From the NCBI GenBank assembly GCA_001816475.1, contig MHCC01000027.1, positions 11,312 through 75,311 on the forward strand: DNA of 64,000 nucleotides. The letters run 5' to 3'. Position 1 is the stretch's first letter, and the number at the start of each line of letters is the position of its first letter. Of the stretch, positions 58,310 through 64,000 are shown piece by piece. The position numbers and the translations under genes were made by a program. The notes beneath the pieces are model-generated. The model was not told where the DNA came from and did no database searches. It was given only the letters and a program-made list of their open reading frames with translations. The stretch is from Candidatus Blackburnbacteria bacterium RIFCSPLOWO2_01_FULL_40_20 (lineage in GTDB: Bacteria; Patescibacteriota; Microgenomatia; UBA8517; UBA10165).

Positions 58310-58621
58310 TCAGAAAATAATATTTAGGACTTTAATTTTTTTGTCCCTGCTCCAACCCTTAATTTGACTTTCTCTCTTTAAAGCCTCGGATTGGGTCAGT
58401 AATTGTTCTGAATAAACCAATTTCACGGGTTTGTGGGATCTTGTGTAGTGTCCGCCTTTCCCATCTTTGTGATCAGAAAAGCGCCTTTGAACATTGCTGG
58501 AATAACCCGTATACAAGCTTCCGTCTTCACAAAGAAGGATATAAACAAACCACACAAGTCTATTAAAGCACTTAGGCAAGCTCCGTGCACTTCGACTCGC
58601 CAACAAAAAAACTCGCTTCAT
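58310..58621 (-). CDS. GIY-YIG nuclease family protein
   Basis: WFVYILLCEDGSLYTGYSSNVQRRFSDH; true start probably downstream (GTG before WFVYIL) because the first codons overlap a long hairpin. Confidence 0.65.
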   Translation of the reverse strand: MKRVFLLASRSARSLPKCFNRLVWFVYILLCEDGSLYTGYSSNVQRRFSDHKDGKGGHYTRSHKPVKLVYSEQLLTQSEALKRESQIKGWSRDKKIKVLNIIF

Positions 58622-58801
58622 TCGCTGAGTGGTTTACACTGAGCGAGCGAAGCGAGTCGAAGTGTTGCGGGGCTTGGAAGAAATAAGAACCTACTTCCTA
58701 GCCACACCGGACGTTGTATTTATACCAGATTTAAGATGAAAAGTAAGCCCCCCATACACACCTTTGTACTAAATCTCTCTATCTGATAGAATTCGTGAGA
58801 A

Positions 58802-59691
58802 ATGAAAAATTTCACAGCTAACTTACAGGACGAACTCCAGAATATATCTGATACACACAATGTCCTACTGTTAAGTTTTATTGCTCCCGACAAAATAGTA
58901 AGAACTTCACCAGTGACTTACGACTATGCAAGTATATCGGTAAATGACTTTTACAGAGTTGAAGAGATTGTGGAAAACTTGAGAGAAGCTGGACAATTGC
59001 CCAGTAAGCTTCATTTGGTCATACAAACACCTGGCGGACAGCTGGGCGTGTCTACAAAAATAGCTAAATATCTACGCTCTTCTTTCCGTGATATTGTCGT
59101 CTTTGTTCCTTACGAAGCGGCCAGCGGCGGAACCATGATGTGCCTTGCGGCCAATTCTATCGTTATGGGTATAACTTCGAATATCACTCCGATTGACCCT
59201 CAGGTTCCTTATAAAGGACAACGAATAGCTGCCACTAGTACGACCAAGCTATCGAGGAAATGAGGAAAAAATACGCCAAACATCGACCGGATGAAATACC
59301 AAGCCCCGACCAACAATTATGTTCACAGTTCGACCCTATTATACAAACTGAAATGAGTAAAATTGTTTTTGACACATTAATCGTTGCAATTGATTTATTA
59401 ACAAAATCACAAAAACCCAAGGACGAAAGAGGGACGGGAAAAATCCTTTCCACAGCGCTTGCTTTGGGGAAAAATGCTTACCCGCACTCACATGTGATTG
59501 ACAGAGAGGAAGCCAGAAAAATAGGGTTGAACGTCACAAAAGACCCTGCTATGATTTTATTACTTAAGTCTTACAAAAAATGGGTATCATTTAGACTAGC
59601 AGAAGAGGTAAACTTCCATATAATTGAACAGTTTTCACCCAATAAGACAGATGACAAAAACGAAAAAACAGAAGACAAAATTAAAGAATAA
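58802..59691 (+). pseudogene. ClpP-class serine protease (SDH/S49-like) split by a frameshift near 59238
   Basis: ORFs 58802-59263 and 59260-59691 are contiguous in adjacent frames; combined ~296 aa; HLVIQTPGGQ..EAASGGTMMCLAANSIVMG..IDPQ resembles serine dehydrogenase proteinase family. Confidence 0.5.
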
Positions 59692-59879
59692 GATAGGTAA
59701 GGTTTATAGCTCGAGAATTAAAACCATACAAGATTTGTACTCGGGTACTCCTTTTAGAGGTGAAGAAGAAATAAAAAAGAAGCTTGATATTATCTAACTG
59801 GCCGCGTCATGTAGCTCTCAGGAAATGTTAATTAAGCCAAAAAAGGGGTTGATGTAAGACCATTGTCCAATACAAAAGA

Positions 59880-60425
59880 TCAATTATTAGTTTTCTTAAG
59901 CAGTTCCTTAAAATTTTTCTCTATTTCTTCGGCTTTAACCGATTCTTCTGACCTGACAATATAATTGTTGTAAAAACTATAACCGTCCCACTCTATGGGA
60001 CCATTCCACAGCACCCGAGAAGACTCATCGACTGCATATTTAGAATATTCACACAAATCTTCTGCAACATTAGTTAACATCTTTTTATCATGCCGAACCT
60101 TTGCTTTAATCTTAATATACAAACCGAATAAGTAATCTAATTTATTTTCTATTTCTATAATTTGTCGGCGCTGCAATTCTCTTCTTCTGTCTTTCAAATA
60201 TTTGCCATCTTTGACAACCAATTCGAAATGATCACTCACTTTTTTTCGGTTATCTGCGAATAACTTTTCTAAATTTTTTACCCTAGAACCCGGATGGAAT
60301 TTAATCAATAACAAATACGTCACAAAACCAAAAAGGGTAACATAAAATACCCACCTCAATGGTTCAATCAACCAAGATATAAAAAGTACGATCAACCACC
60401 ACGATTCTTTTAGCCACTCCTTCAT
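59880..60425 (-). CDS. membrane protein, unknown function
   Basis: Two N-terminal TM helices then charged cytoplasmic domain. Confidence 0.35.
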   Translation of the reverse strand: MKEWLKESWWLIVLFISWLIEPLRWVFYVTLFGFVTYLLLIKFHPGSRVKNLEKLFADNRKKVSDHFELVVKDGKYLKDRRRELQRRQIIEIENKLDYLFGLYIKIKAKVRHDKKMLTNVAEDLCEYSKYAVDESSRVLWNGPIEWDGYSFYNNYIVRSEESVKAEEIEKNFKELLKKTNN

Positions 60426-60500
60426 TTCTAGATTGAGTATATGGCTAGTAATTGGCTATAGTCAATACTATTTAGTTGCTTGCCTGGCTATAATCTAGTT

Positions 60501-60641
60501 TTGACCGCAGTAACGGAAAAACTTGGCAAGAGAATACAAATAATACGAAAAGGCAAAAAGATGACTCAAGAAGAATTGGCTTATCAGGCAAAGATCGACT
60601 ACTCTTTCCTAAATCAGGTTGAAGCAGGGAAAAGGGGATAA
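60501..60641 (+). CDS. truncated XRE-family HTH protein (46 aa)
   Basis: MTQEELAYQAKIDYSFLNQVEAGKRG is a classic Cro/C1 HTH; ends right after the recognition helix; IS30 copy 2 lies ~240 bp downstream. Confidence 0.4.
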   Translation: MTAVTEKLGKRIQIIRKGKKMTQEELAYQAKIDYSFLNQVEAGKRG

Positions 60642-60645
60642 ATTT

Positions 60646-60789
60646 TTATCGATCTTCGGAGTTTACTTCGGATGAGTTTACAAGAGCTTCACAAATATGA
60701 CAAAGCCCATTGTCGCTGGAAGGAGGATTGGGGCAATTTTTGCCTTCGTGATGAGGGTGGTTAGGATCTGTACAATTACAGGTTTTCAT
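60646..60789 (-). CDS. candidate leaderless sORF, 47-aa Cys/His-rich peptide MKTCNCTDPNHPHHEGKNCPNPPSSDNGLCHICEALVNSSEVNSEDR
   Basis: TTGACC-N15-TATAAT promoter (60798-60824, minus) with ATG 8 nt after -10; no SD; below ORF-track cutoff. Confidence 0.3.
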   Translation of the reverse strand: MKTCNCTDPNHPHHEGKNCPNPPSSDNGLCHICEALVNSSEVNSEDR

Positions 60790-60878
60790 TTAATTACATT
60801 ATAATACTTTTTCCACTAGGTCAACGAACACGCTTGACACTCTTGAAATTATATCACAACTAAGATGTTAACTTTTGT

Positions 60879-61942
60879 TCGTAAGTTCTAAATCGAATCG
60901 CAACCCCTAAGTTAAAATATTAGCTTTGAGGGGGTGAAGACTATTAAACACAAAAAGATAAATGGGTTTGAACGCGATTCGATATCTGTTTGGCATTCAC
61001 AGGGAGTCCCAAATGGTGAAATTGGGAGAAGGCTTGGCAAGCATGCCTCAACCATAGGAAGAGAAATAAAAAGAAACTCTTTTAAGGGTGAATATTATGT
61101 GGCTATTCATGCACAAAATATTTCTGCCGAGAGAAAGTCAAATGCAGGTAAAAGACACCCTTTAAAGAATAGGGAAGTTTTCAGGTGGACCATTGCCAGA
61201 CTAATGCGTGGCTGGAGTCCTGAGCAGATATCGGGAAGGATGAAACTGGTATTTAAGAATAATATCCAGATGAGAATCTCTTCCGAGACTATCTACTCCT
61301 TCATCTACTCACAGGAGTATAAAGAGAGAAAGTTTTGGGAGTATCTGCCCTGGAAGAGAAAGACACGAAGAAAAAAGCTTGGCAGGAAGGTACACAGAGG
61401 AAGGATTCCAGATAGAGTTTCAATCCACCTTCGGCCGGAGGTTGTTGCAGCCAGGGAGGAGTTTGGGCATTGGGAGGGTGATACTGTTGAGGGAAAAGCA
61501 CATCAGAATGGAATACATACTGAGGTTGAAAGAAAGTCAAGGTTTTTGACAGCCCGGAAGGTAGCAAAGATTGATTCACCAGAGGCAGTTAAAGCACAAA
61601 TTCAGATATTCTCACCCCTGCCTGCCCATGCCAGAAAAACAGTGACACTGGACAATGGACGAGAAAACCATTTGCACAGAAAGCTTAAAGGGCTTGGGAT
61701 AAGCACATTTTTCTGTGATCCATACTCTTCCTGGCAAAGAGGCACTAATGAGCATCATAACGGATTAATAAGACGCTACCTGCCCAAAAAGACTGACTTT
61801 TCCACTCTTACCCAGCAGGATTTGGATGAGATAGTAGAGGAGATAAACGATAGACCAAGAAAATGCCTTGGATTTTACACACCTAATGAGGTATTCTTGA
61901 GGGAGTTAAATAACCAAAGGGTTGCGATTCAATATTGAATGT
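60879..61942 (+). mobile_element. IS30-family insertion sequence, copy 2 (1064 bp, apparently intact)
   Basis: Same terminal sequences as copy 1; intact transposase starts at GTG 60934 after GAGGGGG. Confidence 0.75.
60934..61938 (+). CDS. IS30-family transposase (HTH + DDE/rve)
   Basis: N-terminal HTH ERDSISVWHSQGVPNGEIGRRLGKHASTIGREIKRN, DDE-domain residues (HWEGDTV..D..E), 334 aa. Confidence 0.85.
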   Translation: MKTIKHKKINGFERDSISVWHSQGVPNGEIGRRLGKHASTIGREIKRNSFKGEYYVAIHAQNISAERKSNAGKRHPLKNREVFRWTIARLMRGWSPEQISGRMKLVFKNNIQMRISSETIYSFIYSQEYKERKFWEYLPWKRKTRRKKLGRKVHRGRIPDRVSIHLRPEVVAAREEFGHWEGDTVEGKAHQNGIHTEVERKSRFLTARKVAKIDSPEAVKAQIQIFSPLPAHARKTVTLDNGRENHLHRKLKGLGISTFFCDPYSSWQRGTNEHHNGLIRRYLPKKTDFSTLTQQDLDEIVEEINDRPRKCLGFYTPNEVFLRELNNQRVAIQY

Positions 61943-62234
61943 CGCAACTCTTGCATCTAAAAAACAAGCCATTGTCTTTTTCGCCGTTGATCTCTACTCC
62001 CTTTAAAACCATTAGATCTCTAGAATAACACTCGATGCATTCCGCTTCATCTCTTTTTTTAAATACATTAACTAACATTCTTTTTCACCTCCTTCCACAA
62101 AAAAAGGGAACAGTAACGTTCCCCTTCTCTTTTGACTCAGTTGCGAGGATTGGAAGAAACAATAATCCGCTTCCTAACCCCACAAGATTCCATGTTAGTT
62201 ATACCAGATTTACGCTGAAATTGCCAATTTGTAG

Positions 62235-62477
62235 TTAATAACCCAGAAGATACCTGCGATTATTATATCTACTTGAATCTGGGCGAGTTTTCAAATGTGG
62301 TTGAACATATGTTCCATTACTTTTCGAATATCCACGCTGGTAGTACAGACTACCCCCTCGTGAATAATTGCGATAACCGTTGCCGTAAAGACTTCTTGCT
62401 TGAGCAGGCTTCGGCAAAAATGTCAAAACAGAAGATATCGCTAGAACGAGCGTCATCAAGAAAAACAGCTTGCTCAT
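62235..62477 (-). CDS. small secreted Tyr/Gly/Arg-rich protein
   Basis: Signal peptide MSKLFFLMTLVLAISSVLTFLPKPAQA, then low-complexity YGNGYRNYSRGGSLYYQRGY. Confidence 0.35.
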   Translation of the reverse strand: MSKLFFLMTLVLAISSVLTFLPKPAQARSLYGNGYRNYSRGGSLYYQRGYSKSNGTYVQPHLKTRPDSSRYNNRRYLLGY

Positions 62478-62640
62478 ACATACTCATTATAACTACCATG
62501 TCAATTAAATATTCTTAGCTTTGCCTAACCATATACTTACCGTAGATTCAACTTAAGATATTATTATGCATAGGATGCCTAATATTTACAATCTATACAG
62601 ACACTTGATTTTCGGAGTATCATTATAGAAAGGGGTAAAA

Positions 62641-63183
62641 ATGAGTAACTTTAAATTTACAGCAAGCGATTACATATTATACATACTCAACAAACTAAGA
62701 CCCGAGACTAGTAGCAAAATTAGGCTGAACAAAGTAGCCTTTCTGGTGGAATTCGGATACAAGTTTAAAACTGGCAAGGAGTTATCATTGGTTCAGTATG
62801 CAGGTATTAATCTCGGACCTGTAATAGACGACTACACCGAAATTCTCCAAAAGATGGAGAAGGCAAAAAAAATAAAGATGGATGGACACGTAATTCGACC
62901 TTTACAAAATGTTAATGTTGAAGTACCCAAGGAAGTTTCTGCAGTGGTAGATCCTCTTATAAACAAATATTCTTTGTTCACAAACAATGAACTTATTGCT
63001 TTAACTCACGACACTGACTCTTACAAGATTACGACTACTAACGAAAAACACATGGGCAGGATTATCGACAAAGAACTAGCTGCCCTTGAGAGTTTTTTTG
63101 TAGACGATATTGTGCCAGAGATACCTGAGTCCGATTTGCCAAAACTAGATGAGAAGGATCTAGAAAAATATGAATTGGGATAG
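62641..63183 (+). CDS. Panacea-domain (DUF4065, SocA/PanA-like) antitoxin candidate
   Basis: ILYILNKLRPETSSKIRLNKVAFLVEFGY matches the N-terminal Panacea pattern; 14-nt overlap with downstream toxin-like gene. Confidence 0.55.
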   Translation: MSNFKFTASDYILYILNKLRPETSSKIRLNKVAFLVEFGYKFKTGKELSLVQYAGINLGPVIDDYTEILQKMEKAKKIKMDGHVIRPLQNVNVEVPKEVSAVVDPLINKYSLFTNNELIALTHDTDSYKITTTNEKHMGRIIDKELAALESFFVDDIVPEIPESDLPKLDEKDLEKYELG

Positions 63184-63487
63184 TTCTTATGAAATATTCA
63201 TTGACAAGAAACTGCCCAAGATTATAAAAAGGAACTTACCACAAAATCTCAAGAAAGTTCTGGACAGAAAGTTAAAGTATCTTGCCACTAATCCCAACCA
63301 CCCAAGTCTAAATACCAAATCATACGACGTAAGTAAACAGACACTTGGAAGACTAGAAGTAGACGCTATTTTCGAATTTTATATAAATATGAGTTTCCGT
63401 TGTGTTTTTTATGTTAGACAAAAGGAAAAAAGGTTAATAATTGCTTTTGTGGGCAACCATGAAGCAGTAAAAAATAGATATAGTTAA
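63170..63487 (+). CDS. RelE/YafQ-family toxin-like protein
   Basis: 105 aa; NPNHPSLNTKSYDVS...RLIIAFVGNHEAV parallels YafQ KDHPLQGSWKGYRDAHVEPDWILIY..FERTGTHAALF. Confidence 0.5.
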   Translation: MNWDSSYEIFIDKKLPKIIKRNLPQNLKKVLDRKLKYLATNPNHPSLNTKSYDVSKQTLGRLEVDAIFEFYINMSFRCVFYVRQKEKRLIIAFVGNHEAVKNRYS

Positions 63488-63588
63488 TTATCCAACTCTA
63501 CTACATCAAAAAGGAAAAATATCTTTAACTTTTACATCTAATGCGCGGGCAATTTTGTAAAACATTCGACTAATTGATTTATCATTTG

Positions 63589-63960
63589 CTACCTTACAAC
63601 AAATTCTTGCTCCAACTTTTCTGCCTTTCTAAGTGTCATCTCATAAACTAGAATTAACGGAATAGTTGTAAGTAAAATTTGACTCAATTCCTCTTCTCTT
63701 AAACATGCAATCTTTTTATCGTAAATTAGTTCACCATGATCGACTCGCCAATATACTTGTAAAGCAAGATAATTAGGATGCGTAAATTCAGATAAAAAGT
63801 CATAACTTTCCAAAATATAGTCCTTGTTTTCAGAGCCTATTCTATCCAATTCAATATTAAGCAATTTATTAATTTCTCTCACATAATCCGCTGTATGAAT
63901 ACTTTGAGGAGCATTAGAAAAAGTTATTTTACCCGACATTGTTTTTGTGTTTTGTCCCAT
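63589..63960 (-). CDS. hypothetical protein
   Basis: ORF only. Confidence 0.3.
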   Translation of the reverse strand: MGQNTKTMSGKITFSNAPQSIHTADYVREINKLLNIELDRIGSENKDYILESYDFLSEFTHPNYLALQVYWRVDHGELIYDKKIACLREEELSQILLTTIPLILVYEMTLRKAEKLEQEFVVR

Positions 63961-64000
63961 TGTTGCTACATAAAGTAGCTCCCAAATAAACTCATAATCC

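Overview
This window reads as a low-GC (about 35%) bacterial chromosomal segment with short intergenic spacers. The small, dense gene set and a eukaryote/archaea-type ATP-dependent DNA ligase make me think of a CPR/Patescibacteria-like organism, but that is inference only.

Ordinary housekeeping genes are present: pth, cysS, two trpS paralogs, recF, fpg/mutM, ftsH, a standalone 5'-3' exonuclease, tRNA-Trp(CCA) and tRNA-Met(CAT).

The 5' end carries a nucleotide-sugar modification and glycosyltransfer operon. It contains a Nudix hydrolase, a radical SAM/SPASM protein, an SDR reductase/epimerase, a DegT-family dehydratase with His in place of the Schiff-base Lys, a B12-binding radical SAM protein, a GtrB-like GT2 and an ArnT-like GT-C. 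A VKOR-DsbA-NDH-2 redox trio follows.

The most unusual content lies at roughly 18-40 kb: pieces of RiPP-type peptide-maturation machinery dispersed among IS30 elements and a ~90 bp repeat family. It includes an E1-like protein with an N-terminal RRE-like domain next to a YcaO protein, and two paralogous pairs of a PqqD-like (RRE) protein with an asparagine-synthetase-like (lasso-cyclase-like) enzyme. One pair is preceded by a 50-aa peptide with a GG-type leader. The other is preceded by a fusion of a Nudix domain, a nitroreductase (SagB-like) fragment and an M16 C-domain. A separate M16 peptidase is bracketed by 37-bp direct repeats and sits beside a Gly-rich sORF that has a strong SD and a terminator.

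Other content: toxin-antitoxin modules (HicBA, VapBC, PanA-YafQ-like, an AbiEii-like fragment), Fic, and three GC-rich ORF-poor islands that look like structured ncRNAs (identity unresolved; one shows an SRP-like motif). Several frameshifted genes occur, two of them at homopolymer runs. Secreted or membrane proteins include a Cys-rich 584-aa protein, a BNR-like propeller and a metzincin.

I saw no rRNA and no CRISPR array.
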